64,000 nt of DNA from an uncultured delta proteobacterium (GTDB taxonomy: Bacteria; Desulfobacterota; Binatia; UBA9968): positions 96,001 to 160,000 of the forward strand of contig CAWFJP010000004.1 of the NCBI GenBank assembly GCA_963816145.1, given 5' to 3'. Of this stretch, positions 20,101 to 29,754 are shown piece after piece. A program made the translations under genes and the position numbers. The stretch's first letter is position 1. Every line of letters starts with the position of its first letter. A model generated the notes under the pieces. That model saw nothing but the letters and a program-made list of their open reading frames with translations, was not told the DNA's origin and ran no database searches.

Positions 20101-21555
20101 ATGGCTGATATTTTTATTAGTTACGCTCACGAAGACCGGGAATCCGCTGAGCATATCGCTCAGGTTCTTGAAGCGGCCGGTTTTAGTGTGTGGTGGGATC
20201 GTCGCATTCCGGCGGGCCGCACTTGGCGCTCCGTCCTCGAAGAGGCGTTGCAAGGGATGCGATGCTTGATCGTGCTCTGGTCAGAAAACTCGATCAAGAG
20301 TACTTGGGTCATTGAGGAAGCCGAAGAGGCGCGTCGGCTGGGGAAAATAATGCTTCCCGTGCTGATTCACAAGATCAATCCGCCGGTGGGATTTCGTGCG
20401 ATCCAAGCGGCCAAGTTGATAGACTGGAGCGGGGCTGCCGACGCACCGGCGGTGGAATTGCTGGTTGCCGACCTGAAGGCCCTGTTGGGCGAACCTAAAG
20501 CACCAAGCAACGGAAACGTTGAACCTGACCGGGTGAATGACTCGGCATCTGACGACAATCCCCGTGCAGACCCTTTGCGCAGCCTGTTCGTTCGTAACTG
20601 GAAAATCCTGGCCGGCGGAGGTGCGGCGATCGCCTTGATTCTCGTTGCTCTCCAAATCTCATGGCCGGGTCGAACCGCCATTGATGCGCCGCCGGCGCAG
20701 CCGATAAACGAGCCGCTTCCAGCCCGCCAATTGACCGCCATTGCCATCGCGGGCGCGCCGCGAGAGTTAAAACCTGCCGATATGGTCGCGCTCAAACTGC
20801 AAGGAATTTATTCCGACGGAACCAACAGCGATATCGCCGATTCGATAAAATGGACGATCAGCGATAGCCGCGTTGCAGCGGTCGATGACCAAGGTAATTT
20901 GAAGGCGCTGCAGCCGGGGACCGCTGAAGTATCGGCGCGACTTGGAGACTTGGTCAGTAAACCCTGGACGGTGGCGGTAACATCGATACAAAAAGTCGTT
21001 GATGAAATCCCCGCCGTCAAGATGGTGCAGCTTGCAATTACACCCGCGCGCAAAGAATTGTTCGCGAATGAAAGAATTGCGCTGCGCGTGATTGCTCGTT
21101 ATTCAGACCAAAGCGAAAGACCAATCGGTCGCGAGTTGCGATGGCACATCAGCGATCCCACCATCGCGGCCATCACTTCCGATGGTCAACTGAGCGGCTT
21201 GAGAACAGGCAGAGTCGATATATCGGTGCGCGCCGGAGAGGTGGTGAGTGCGCCAATCCTAATCGTCGTTAAGGATCGGCCGAAAAAGGCGCAAGTCGAA
21301 ACTCTTTCGGTAAAACCAAACACTGAATCAAAAGCCCTGGCTCCACCGCCGCTGGAGCCCGCCAGACCGAGGCTCGCGCCTTACATCGCTCGGGCCAAGA
21401 GTTTGCGCGAGCAAGGTCAATATGCCGCCGCCGTGGCGGAGCTACAAAAAGCTGCGGCTATCGATCCGTCCAACGCCGAGGTGATAAAAGAAATCGATCA
21501 AACCAGAAGAGCCTGTGCGGCGGAAAGAAGTCTCGGCCAAAAGATAGAATGCTAA
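20101..21555 (+). CDS. TIR-domain membrane protein with two Ig-like (Big_2) domains and a C-terminal TPR
   Basis: DIFISYAHED...WWD...WSENSIKSTWVIEEA TIR; TM ILAGGGAAIALILVAL; two WxISDxxxAxxxxxG Big_2-like repeats; TPR-like GQYAAAVAELQKAAAIDPSN. Confidence 0.85.
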   Translation: MADIFISYAHEDRESAEHIAQVLEAAGFSVWWDRRIPAGRTWRSVLEEALQGMRCLIVLWSENSIKSTWVIEEAEEARRLGKIMLPVLIHKINPPVGFRAIQAAKLIDWSGAADAPAVELLVADLKALLGEPKAPSNGNVEPDRVNDSASDDNPRADPLRSLFVRNWKILAGGGAAIALILVALQISWPGRTAIDAPPAQPINEPLPARQLTAIAIAGAPRELKPADMVALKLQGIYSDGTNSDIADSIKWTISDSRVAAVDDQGNLKALQPGTAEVSARLGDLVSKPWTVAVTSIQKVVDEIPAVKMVQLAITPARKELFANERIALRVIARYSDQSERPIGRELRWHISDPTIAAITSDGQLSGLRTGRVDISVRAGEVVSAPILIVVKDRPKKAQVETLSVKPNTESKALAPPPLEPARPRLAPYIARAKSLREQGQYAAAVAELQKAAAIDPSNAEVIKEIDQTRRACAAERSLGQKIEC

Positions 21556-21589
21556 AATCCTGTTTGGGTCATTGGCTCCGGGTAGGGCT

Positions 21590-22429
21590 CTAAGGCCGCA
21601 TTCGTCGACCTTCCTCAGCCTCGTCACGCCGGGCGCGATCGCTTTCCTCTTCCAAATTGTAACCCACCAACTCGGCGTTGCTAAGGATGATTTCCCAATT
21701 GGGCTGACTTGCCTGCGCCGACCGAAGTGCCCGGGAAATTTCCGTGCGGATTTCTCCCGAAGGATCCCAATAGCGTCCTTGAGGAGTGTGGGCAATTGTA
21801 TAGTCGAGCCAGTCGCGCAGCCCGGTCAAAGCCGCCGCGATTTCTTTGGCGCCTTCCATGCGCTGTTTGTCGCTCGCCTTGCCTTGTTTGGTGCGCTCGG
21901 CGCGAAATTGTTTAAGCTCATCCAACAAGGTTGAGTCGGCCCCTGCAGTTCTTAGCTGATTTTCAGTCTCGGCGTTGAGGTCGAAGGCTATACCGCGCTC
22001 GCGCGAAATCGTGCCGACTCGCCGCGGCGCCACGCCTTCGCGGAGCGCATAGGAAACTTCTTGCAGAGTCATAGCATTGGCGGGCGGTGCGGCGGTGTCG
22101 CCACGTAGAACCGTCAAGCCGCGGTAAAGCCGTGCGACATCGTCGTCCTTCACATAAGTCAAAGCTTTATCGAGGGCGACTTTGGCCTCCGCATATCTGC
22201 CAGCGTTGTAATAGGCTCGGCCCAGGTAAGTCCAGATACTCTTGCGCGGTGGCGCCGAGGTGACGACGTAACTAGGATCGGTTTGTGCGATCGCGTTGAA
22301 ATAATTGGCAGCGTTGTCGGGTTCGCCGCGCAATAATGCTTGCCGCCCTGCCAAGAAGCTGGAGCCCGTACCGGCGCAGGCGGCAAACGCGAGACACGAT
22401 GTTAGTAAAAACCAATGCCGAATCATCAT
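21590..22429 (-). CDS. TPR-containing lipoprotein
   Basis: Lipobox FAAC; TPR WTYLGRAYYNAGRYAEAKVALDKAL. Confidence 0.75.
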   Translation of the reverse strand: MMIRHWFLLTSCLAFAACAGTGSSFLAGRQALLRGEPDNAANYFNAIAQTDPSYVVTSAPPRKSIWTYLGRAYYNAGRYAEAKVALDKALTYVKDDDVARLYRGLTVLRGDTAAPPANAMTLQEVSYALREGVAPRRVGTISRERGIAFDLNAETENQLRTAGADSTLLDELKQFRAERTKQGKASDKQRMEGAKEIAAALTGLRDWLDYTIAHTPQGRYWDPSGEIRTEISRALRSAQASQPNWEIILSNAELVGYNLEEESDRARRDEAEEGRRMRP

Positions 22430-22567
22430 GGATGACCGATAGGATAAGTGTCCAGGCGAGAAAAGACAATGACTCAATGGCGTTCTCGTCGAATGGTTTC
22501 GCCGGATTGTCACTGCCTGCTTGTGGGCTTTTCCGCCATCTGTTAATGACAAAGGGCAATTATCGTC

Positions 22568-23803
22568 ATGCGTTTCTCACCGACACCGTGGTTAATCGCC
22601 GCATTCGCTTTCGTCGTGCTCGGATTCTCGCGCGGACTGCATTCTTCCTTCGGCGTTTTCAATGTCGCTTTGCTCGATGCCTTCGGTTGGAGCCGGGGGG
22701 CGACGGCGGGGATATTTTCGATTGTCCTAGCTGTCGATGCGCTGCTTTCTCCTGCGGCTGGATATTTACTAGACCGCTTCGGCACCAGGAAAATCGCGAT
22801 CGCCGGCTGCCTCACGCTGGTTGTCGGGCTCTTTCTTAGCAGCCAAGTCTCGGCGCTATGGGAACTCTATATTAGCTTTGGCCTCGTGCTGGCAACTGGA
22901 TTTACTTTGACCGGCATGGTGCCGCATATTTTTCTGATCTCGGAGTGGTTCTCATCCAATCGAGCTTCGGCCATCGGCGTGGTCTACGCCGGCAGCGGCG
23001 TCGGCATCATGTTATTAGCGCCGCTCAGCGAATGGCTGATTTCCAGCTATGGCTGGGAGCGCGCGTTTGAGATTTACGCGGCGATGGTGCTGGTTTTGTT
23101 GCTGCCGATTGTGCTGCTTTCCTATCAACCGGGGCCCCATGGACATAGCGGCGCCCACGGCATGCAGAAAAAAGGCGAACAGAACCAGTGGACCGCCAAG
23201 CTGGCGCTGCAGAGCTTGCAGTTCTGGCTGTTGTTCATCGCCCGCATCGGCGCGGCGTCGGGTACTACCGTGATTGTCACCCACCAAGTTGCGCACGTGG
23301 TCGACGTCGGCTTCAGTAAGCTGCTGGCGGCGTCGATTTTTGGTCTCGCCGGGATTACCAGCAGTTTTGGCCGGGTGATTTTCGGCTTCATCGCCGACCA
23401 CTTGACCAAACAGGCGGCTTATTCGTTAAATATCGTCATGACCATCGTTGGCGTCGGCGCCTTGATGATCCTGCGCGATCCCAGTCAGGCTTGGCTGCTC
23501 TACGTCTACGTCATTTTCTTTGGCATCGGTTTCGGCTCGCGGGCGGTGATCTTTTCGTCGTTAACAGCGGATATTTTTGCCGGCAAAGGCTTTGGTTCGA
23601 TTCTCGGTTACTCGACGGTTGCGGTCGGCGTCGGTGGGGCAATGGGTTCCTACTTCGGCGGCGTGTTTCACGACTGGACGGGCAGTTATAACATGTCCTT
23701 CACACTTTCCACTTTGTTGCTGGCGGTCTCCGATGTCTGCATCTGGCTCGCCGCGGTGCCGGCGGTGGCGCAGTACGATCAACGTCTGTGGGCGCGCCAT
23801 TGA
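22568..23803 (+). CDS. MFS transporter
   Basis: About 12 TM segments; GYLLDRFGTR motif A. Confidence 0.9.
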   Translation: MRFSPTPWLIAAFAFVVLGFSRGLHSSFGVFNVALLDAFGWSRGATAGIFSIVLAVDALLSPAAGYLLDRFGTRKIAIAGCLTLVVGLFLSSQVSALWELYISFGLVLATGFTLTGMVPHIFLISEWFSSNRASAIGVVYAGSGVGIMLLAPLSEWLISSYGWERAFEIYAAMVLVLLLPIVLLSYQPGPHGHSGAHGMQKKGEQNQWTAKLALQSLQFWLLFIARIGAASGTTVIVTHQVAHVVDVGFSKLLAASIFGLAGITSSFGRVIFGFIADHLTKQAAYSLNIVMTIVGVGALMILRDPSQAWLLYVYVIFFGIGFGSRAVIFSSLTADIFAGKGFGSILGYSTVAVGVGGAMGSYFGGVFHDWTGSYNMSFTLSTLLLAVSDVCIWLAAVPAVAQYDQRLWARH

Positions 23804-23807
23804 ACTC

Positions 23808-23846
23808 GTTCAAGCCATTCAAATAGTTCAAAACCTTCAAGCCGTT
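23808..23846. repeat. TTCAA 9-bp-period tandem repeat
   Basis: GTTCAAGCC ATTCAAATA GTTCAAAAC CTTCAAGCC; related to 15949-16024. Confidence 0.6.
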
Positions 23847-23919
23847 TCGTTCCTCCTTAGACTTCTCAGCTCGCCTTGAGGGCTTGGTCGGAAGTTGCTA
23901 ATTTACTCACTTCAAACTT

Positions 23920-24288
23920 ATGGATGCTCGGCTTCGAGACGGCATACGTCTATTTAACGACCGGAAATTCTTCGAGTGCCACGAAGTTCTGGAGGGTTAT
24001 TACCAGGACAGCCAGTTGGATACCAAGCCGTTTATCGAGGGCTTGATTCAGTTGGCGGCGGCGTTTCGCATGTTTGTCGATTTCGGCGAGGTCAAAGGCC
24101 CGGTGCGGGCGATTTACCAGGCACTGATTCGCTTCGAGAATTATCAGCCGGCGTATCTGCAAGTTAGGGTGAAAGACCTCAGTACGGAGGTCGAGGCCTG
24201 GGCCAAAGCGGCTGAGGCCGCTGGCGCCGTGCCGTCAACCGCCGATATTCCAAAGATTCAGCTCCAACGGTTCAATCTTTTTTCATGA
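23920..24288 (+). CDS. DUF309 family protein
   Basis: GIRLFNxxxFFECHEVLE and GLIQLAAA signature. Confidence 0.8.
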   Translation: MDARLRDGIRLFNDRKFFECHEVLEGYYQDSQLDTKPFIEGLIQLAAAFRMFVDFGEVKGPVRAIYQALIRFENYQPAYLQVRVKDLSTEVEAWAKAAEAAGAVPSTADIPKIQLQRFNLFS

Positions 24289-27200
24289 CCGATCAACCGC
24301 TCAGCGAAAAGCTCGGTCAATTTCTTCGCGGAAACTGGACGGGCGATAAACGCATTCAGGGCATACAGGGCGGCGCGCGGGCCTATCTGTTGGCGCTCGC
24401 CGCGGCCGAGGCCCAGCGACCGCTGTTGGTGATCGCGCCGAGCGCCAATCAGGCGGAAAATCTTTATGACGATCTGGCGTTTTTCCTCGGCGAGGAGCGC
24501 GGCTTGGCGCCGCTGCGCCGCCGCCTGCATCTATTCCCGTCCTGGGAAGTACTGCCCTTCGAAAATCTCTCGCCCCATCCGGAAAACATCGCCGGCCGAT
24601 TGGAAGGGCTTTACAAACTGGTCGAAGAACCGGCGCCGATCTTAATCGCCACGCCGGCAGCGCTCATGCAGCGGGTGATCCCCAAAGACACCCTAAAAAA
24701 ATCTTATCTTTATCTCGTTGTCGGCCAGGAACTGCCGCGCGAGTCGTTACTCGATCATGTCGTCCACTGGGGTTTTCAAAATGTTCCATTGGTCGAGGAG
24801 CGCGGCGATTTTAGCGTGCGCGGCGGTATCGTCGATCTATTTCCGCCGGGTTACGGCCGGCCGATTCGCCTTGAATTCGACGGCGACTGCTTGGAGTCTA
24901 TTCGCGAGTTCAACCCGGCCAATCAGCGCACCGAGGCGGTGCAGGAGGAATGCATCCTTCTGCCGATGAAAGAGTTCGCGCTCAAACGGGCAGGCATCGA
25001 CGAGTCGGTCCGGCGCCTGGAGCAGCGCGCACTGGAGTTGGAAGTCGACCGGCGCGAACGCCAGGCGCTGATCGAATCGATCCGTGAAGGTATTCCGGTC
25101 GCCGGCGTGGAATTTTTTCTGCCGTTTTTTTGCTCCAACTTGGTGCCGGTGACTTCCTATCTGCCGAACAACACTCTCGTCTGGTTCGATGGCGCGGACC
25201 GCGTCGAGGCGGAAAGCGAGCGCTTTGGCCAGCTTGCTTGGGAGCGCAACCGGATGGTCATCGAAGAGCGCCGCCTGGCGGCGCCGGTGGCGCAGCTCTA
25301 TTTGAACGAACATGAGTGGCGTGAAACGCTCCAGCCATTTTCCACCGTTCACGGCGAAGCCTTGATGCTGCTTGCCGGCGCGGAAAAAGCCCAGGCGACA
25401 ACCCTCACCGTTGAGTCGTATATGACCACCGATTTGCGCCAGGACCCGGCACTGCATGGCAAGGATGTTTCGCTGGCGCCGCTGGTTGAGCGTTTGAAAT
25501 CCTGGAGCGGCGAAAAAGTCATCTTCGTCGCGCCGACCAAGGGTGATGCGGCGCGCCTGCGGGAGCTGTTGGGCGGCTACCAAGTCGATGCGGCGCTGAT
25601 CGAGGATGCGATTCCCGCCGTGCTGGCGCGCAAGGATATCGGACGGGCGATCGTGTGCGGCAATTTGAATCAAGGGTTTCGCTTGCCCGAAGCGCATTTG
25701 ATTTTCGTTACCTTCGACGAGATTTTCGGCACGCGTAAGCGCCAGCCGACCACGGCGACCAAAAGCTATCCGAGCCATTTTCTTTCCAGCCTGAGCGAGC
25801 TCAAGCAGGATGATTACGTCGTCCATCTCGACCATGGCATAGGTGTTTATCGCGGCCTTAAGTTTCTCAAGGTGGCCGGTGTTGAGGGCGAGTTTCTCCA
25901 TCTCGAATATGAAGCGGGCGACCGGCTGTATCTGCCGGTGGACCGCATCAATATGGTGCAGAAATACATCGGCGGCGACGGCGCGCAGCCGTCGCTCGAC
26001 CGGCTGGGCGGCACGGCCTGGGAGAAAGTTAAAGCCAAGGCGAAGAAGAGCGTGCTTGCCATGGCCGAAGAGCTGGTCCAGCTCTACGCCCTGCGCGAAG
26101 CGCGCGGCGGAACGGCGTTCGCTCCGCCGGACAACATGTACAACGAGTTCGAAGCGGCCTTCGAGTTCGAAGAGACGCCGGACCAGCAACGCGCCATCGA
26201 CGACACGCTGGCGAGCATGCAGAGCAAGAAGCCGATGGACCGCTTGGTATGCGGCGACGTCGGCTACGGCAAAACCGAAGTGGCCATGCGCGCGGCGTTC
26301 CTCGCCGTCGAGGGCGGCAAGCAGGTTGCTGTGCTCGCGCCGACGACGATCTTGGCGCAACAGCACATGCAGACCTTTCGCCATCGTTTTCGCAATCATC
26401 CGGTGCGCATCGAAATGGTCAGCCGGTTTTTGACCAGCAAAGAAATCGCCCAGGTTCTCAGCGACGCCGCCAAAGGCCAGGTCGATATTGTCATCGGCAC
26501 CCACCGGCTTTTGCAGAAGGATGTCGAGTTCAGGGACCTGGGACTGGTGATCATCGACGAAGAGCACCGTTTCGGCGTGGTGCACAAAGAACGGCTGAAA
26601 AAAATGCGCGCGCTGGTCGATGTCTTGAGTCTCACCGCGACGCCGATCCCGCGCACCTTGCATATGTCTCTGGTCGGCATTCGCGATTTGAGCATTATTG
26701 AAACGCCGCCGGTGGATCGATTGGCGATTCAGACCTATGTTACACGCTACGACGATCGGGTGATCCGCGACGCCATCCTGCGCGAGATCGAACGCGGCGG
26801 TCAGGTGTTTTTTCTGCACAACCGGGTGGAAACCATCGATCGCCTAGCGCTCAAACTGTCGGAGTTGGTTCCCGAGGCGAAGATGGCGGTGGGCCATGGC
26901 CAGATGCGGCCCAAGGAATTGGAAAAGGTCATGATCGATTTTTTGGAGAATAAGACCCAAGTGTTGGTCTGTTCGGCGATCATCGAGTCGGGCCTCGACT
27001 TTCCCAACGCCAACACAATCATCATTAATCGTGCCGACCGCTTCGGCCTGGCCCAGCTCTATCAACTGCGCGGCCGGGTCGGGCGCTCGCATCGCCACGC
27101 GTTCGCCTATCTCCTCATTCCCGGCGAGCACGCGATTACGCCGGACGCCGAACGGCGCTTGCGCGCCTTGCAGGAAATCGACGGTCTCGGCGGCGGTTTC

Positions 27201-27830
27201 AAGTTGGCGCTGCACGATCTAGAGATTCGCGGCGCCGGCAATTTACTCGGCGACCAGCAGTCGGGGCAAATCACCGCGGTCGGTTTCGAGCTTTACACCG
27301 AGATGATGCAGGTGGCGATCCAGGAACTCAAAGGCGAAGAAATTCTGCCCGAGATCGATCCGGAAATTCGTTTGGGCATCTCAGCCTATTTCCCTGACAA
27401 CTACATGCCCGATGCCAATCAGCGGCTGTATTTTTACAAGCGCTTGGCGAGCTTGAAAAACGGCGCGGAACTTGAAGATCTCAAGGCGGAGATCGAAGAT
27501 CGCTTCGGCCCCTATCCCGATGTGGTCGATAATCTGTTCCTGGTGATGAATCTGCGCCGGGTGCTCAAAGAGTTTCTCGTCCAGCAGATCAGCTACTCCG
27601 ACGGCAAGATTTTTCTTCTCTTCCATCCCGAGTCACCGGTCAAAGTCGACAAGCTGCTGGGACTGATTCACACGCAAAAAAATCGTTTCCGTTTGGCGCC
27701 CGACGGCCGTTTGTCATTCACACCGAGGAATCATGAGTGGCAGCCGCTGGCCGCCGAGGTGGCCGAGTTGCTGCGGGCGATTCGCGAAATTCCCGCGCCG
27801 CAGTGTGTCGGACCGGTGACGATCCGATAG
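24285..27830 (+). CDS. mfd: transcription-repair coupling factor
   Basis: UvrB-homology N-terminus, CarD-like RID (VVHLDHGIG), GDVGYGKT, DEEHRFG, QLRGRVGR and TRCF C-terminus. Confidence 0.97.
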   Translation: MTDQPLSEKLGQFLRGNWTGDKRIQGIQGGARAYLLALAAAEAQRPLLVIAPSANQAENLYDDLAFFLGEERGLAPLRRRLHLFPSWEVLPFENLSPHPENIAGRLEGLYKLVEEPAPILIATPAALMQRVIPKDTLKKSYLYLVVGQELPRESLLDHVVHWGFQNVPLVEERGDFSVRGGIVDLFPPGYGRPIRLEFDGDCLESIREFNPANQRTEAVQEECILLPMKEFALKRAGIDESVRRLEQRALELEVDRRERQALIESIREGIPVAGVEFFLPFFCSNLVPVTSYLPNNTLVWFDGADRVEAESERFGQLAWERNRMVIEERRLAAPVAQLYLNEHEWRETLQPFSTVHGEALMLLAGAEKAQATTLTVESYMTTDLRQDPALHGKDVSLAPLVERLKSWSGEKVIFVAPTKGDAARLRELLGGYQVDAALIEDAIPAVLARKDIGRAIVCGNLNQGFRLPEAHLIFVTFDEIFGTRKRQPTTATKSYPSHFLSSLSELKQDDYVVHLDHGIGVYRGLKFLKVAGVEGEFLHLEYEAGDRLYLPVDRINMVQKYIGGDGAQPSLDRLGGTAWEKVKAKAKKSVLAMAEELVQLYALREARGGTAFAPPDNMYNEFEAAFEFEETPDQQRAIDDTLASMQSKKPMDRLVCGDVGYGKTEVAMRAAFLAVEGGKQVAVLAPTTILAQQHMQTFRHRFRNHPVRIEMVSRFLTSKEIAQVLSDAAKGQVDIVIGTHRLLQKDVEFRDLGLVIIDEEHRFGVVHKERLKKMRALVDVLSLTATPIPRTLHMSLVGIRDLSIIETPPVDRLAIQTYVTRYDDRVIRDAILREIERGGQVFFLHNRVETIDRLALKLSELVPEAKMAVGHGQMRPKELEKVMIDFLENKTQVLVCSAIIESGLDFPNANTIIINRADRFGLAQLYQLRGRVGRSHRHAFAYLLIPGEHAITPDAERRLRALQEIDGLGGGFKLALHDLEIRGAGNLLGDQQSGQITAVGFELYTEMMQVAIQELKGEEILPEIDPEIRLGISAYFPDNYMPDANQRLYFYKRLASLKNGAELEDLKAEIEDRFGPYPDVVDNLFLVMNLRRVLKEFLVQQISYSDGKIFLLFHPESPVKVDKLLGLIHTQKNRFRLAPDGRLSFTPRNHEWQPLAAEVAELLRAIREIPAPQCVGPVTIR

Positions 27831-27947
27831 GCGGATTGGAATGATGGAGTATTTGGTTAGTGGAGTGCTGGGGGGAAATCTCCGGTCTATCACTCCAATG
27901 CATGATCTTTTGTGAACTTGGCTGAAATTGCCTTGCCGCCGAGGCGT

Positions 27948-28273
27948 ATGACACAACGCTGCTATCCCTGGGTGGTCATCGGCGTGGCATTTCTTACCGT
28001 GGCCATGGCTTTTCGTCGCGCCAGTCGCTCTATCCGACCATCGCTGCTGACCTGTTCCATGGAAGTTCGTTTGGCGCGATCATCGGTGCCATCGCCCTGT
28101 TCATAGGTGCCGGCGCCGGCATCGGTCCTTGGCCGGGCGGGGCGGTGTGTGACTGGACGAGCGGTTATTTGGGGGCGTTTTGGGTCGCCCAGATCCTGTC
28201 ATTCTTATCAGCCTGTTTCATCGCTTGGGCGGCGCGGGTGGCAACGCCGGAAAATTCCCACAAGGATCATTGA
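27948..28273 (+). pseudogene. internally deleted MFS transporter remnant
   Basis: MTQRCYPWVVIGVAFLTVAMAF (first TM) joined out of frame to SLYPTIAADLFHGSSFGAIIG...DWTSGYLGAF (last TMs, resembling the C-terminus of 22568..23803). Confidence 0.75.
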
Positions 28274-28385
28274 CCGGGGGTGTCGAAGCCTCATGACCTG
28301 ACGGTGGTAGTCTGGTATTTTTCGGTTTGGCATTCTAAAATGACTATGTTAGCTGTTAGATAGCCGTCCGGAGAGGCTTTAGACC

Positions 28386-29687
28386 ATGTTCATCCGAGCA
28401 ATATTGATTGGGCTATGCCTGTTAGTGACCGCTGTTCTGCCGCACAAAACGGTGGCGGGGGTGATTGAGCAGTTGATCGTCGTAATCGATGGCGAACCTT
28501 ATACCCTCACCAATCTCCGAACCTTCGCAAAATCTCGCCTGGCAAGAGCTTTCCCAACTGGCAATTTGCAGGAAATCAATGCGGCCGATCGCGATGTCCT
28601 GGAGCAGTTTATCACGGATAAGCTGATGGAGGCGGAGGTTCGCGAGGCGGGCATTCGGGTTACGGATGTTGAAGTGGATGGTTACATTGAACAGGTTAAG
28701 AAGAACAACCGGCTCTCCGAGGAAGATTTCAAGGCTGCCCTAGCCCGTGATGGGATGAACCTAGCGAGCTATAAAATCTCGGTCAAGACGGAACTGGAAA
28801 AATCTGATGTTCTCGACCGCCAAGTCAAGCGCAAGGTGAGTATTACCGACGAGGACGTCGAGCGCTACTACAAGCTCAACTCGAAAAATTACCGTACCAA
28901 TGAACGGGCGCGATTTCGCCATATCCTGTTGACCTTATCTGAAAAAGCCCCGGCCGACCAAGTCAATGCCGTCTCTGCCAAGGCGAGGGAGTTGTACAGT
29001 AGGATTGCCGCCGGCGAAGACTTTGCCGCCATCGCACAGGAGTATTCCGAAGGCGCCGGGCGCGCCGAGGGCGGCGATATCGGCTGGGTGAATAAAGGCT
29101 CCTTGATTGCCGGGCTCGAAGAGGTCGCGTTTGAAAAGCTCAAGCCTGGTCAAGTAAGCGAACCCTTCCGCACCAGCATGGGTATCCATATTGTCAAATT
29201 GGAAGCGCGCGAAGCCGGTAGTGTGTTGCCGCTCAGCACGGTGGCGCCGAAGATCAAGCAAGAGTTGCTCAACAAAGCGCTGGAAGAGCGTTTTGCCAAA
29301 TGGCTCAAGTCCGATCTGCGGCGCAAACACCGCGTCGACATCAAGCTCGCCGGGGTTACGTACAAGCCGGAAGATTCAAAAGAAGATACCGTGAATTCGT
29401 TGATGGCGCGCTCGAACCGACCGGCGCGCCCCGCGCAGCGCTCGGTGTTAAGCTATCTTAACCCGCTGTCGTACATCGTTAAGGAAACGCCATTCGAGGA
29501 CGAGGATCCGAAAGGCCCGTTGGCGAATAAAAGCGTTGTCAGCGTCTTCGGTGCACCGTTATTCGTCACCGACAACGCTGCCGAGGCACCGGATATTTTC
29601 GCGCCGCCGCCGGACGGCGAGGAGTCCAAGGGATTATTCTCGTCGATCATCGACTCGCTCAATCCGTTCTCGTCAAAAAAGCCCTGA
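28386..29687 (+). CDS. surA: SurA-like parvulin peptidyl-prolyl isomerase/chaperone
   Basis: Signal peptide, SurA N-domain, RHILL, GGDIGW and GQVSEPFRTSMGIHIVK; position mfd-surA-pdxA. Confidence 0.8.
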   Translation: MFIRAILIGLCLLVTAVLPHKTVAGVIEQLIVVIDGEPYTLTNLRTFAKSRLARAFPTGNLQEINAADRDVLEQFITDKLMEAEVREAGIRVTDVEVDGYIEQVKKNNRLSEEDFKAALARDGMNLASYKISVKTELEKSDVLDRQVKRKVSITDEDVERYYKLNSKNYRTNERARFRHILLTLSEKAPADQVNAVSAKARELYSRIAAGEDFAAIAQEYSEGAGRAEGGDIGWVNKGSLIAGLEEVAFEKLKPGQVSEPFRTSMGIHIVKLEAREAGSVLPLSTVAPKIKQELLNKALEERFAKWLKSDLRRKHRVDIKLAGVTYKPEDSKEDTVNSLMARSNRPARPAQRSVLSYLNPLSYIVKETPFEDEDPKGPLANKSVVSVFGAPLFVTDNAAEAPDIFAPPPDGEESKGLFSSIIDSLNPFSSKKP

Positions 29688-29754
29688 TCTCTTGCCTGAC
29701 CGTTCGTAAGCGGAGATAATCGACCAACTATCTCACGCGAAGTTTCGCCACCGC

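Noticed and set aside
24837-26819. 660-aa antisense ORF
   Set aside because: Shadow of mfd caused by GC-rich codon bias; no recognisable motifs. The same applies to 6878..7798, 8693..9598, 12030..12788 and similar ORFs.
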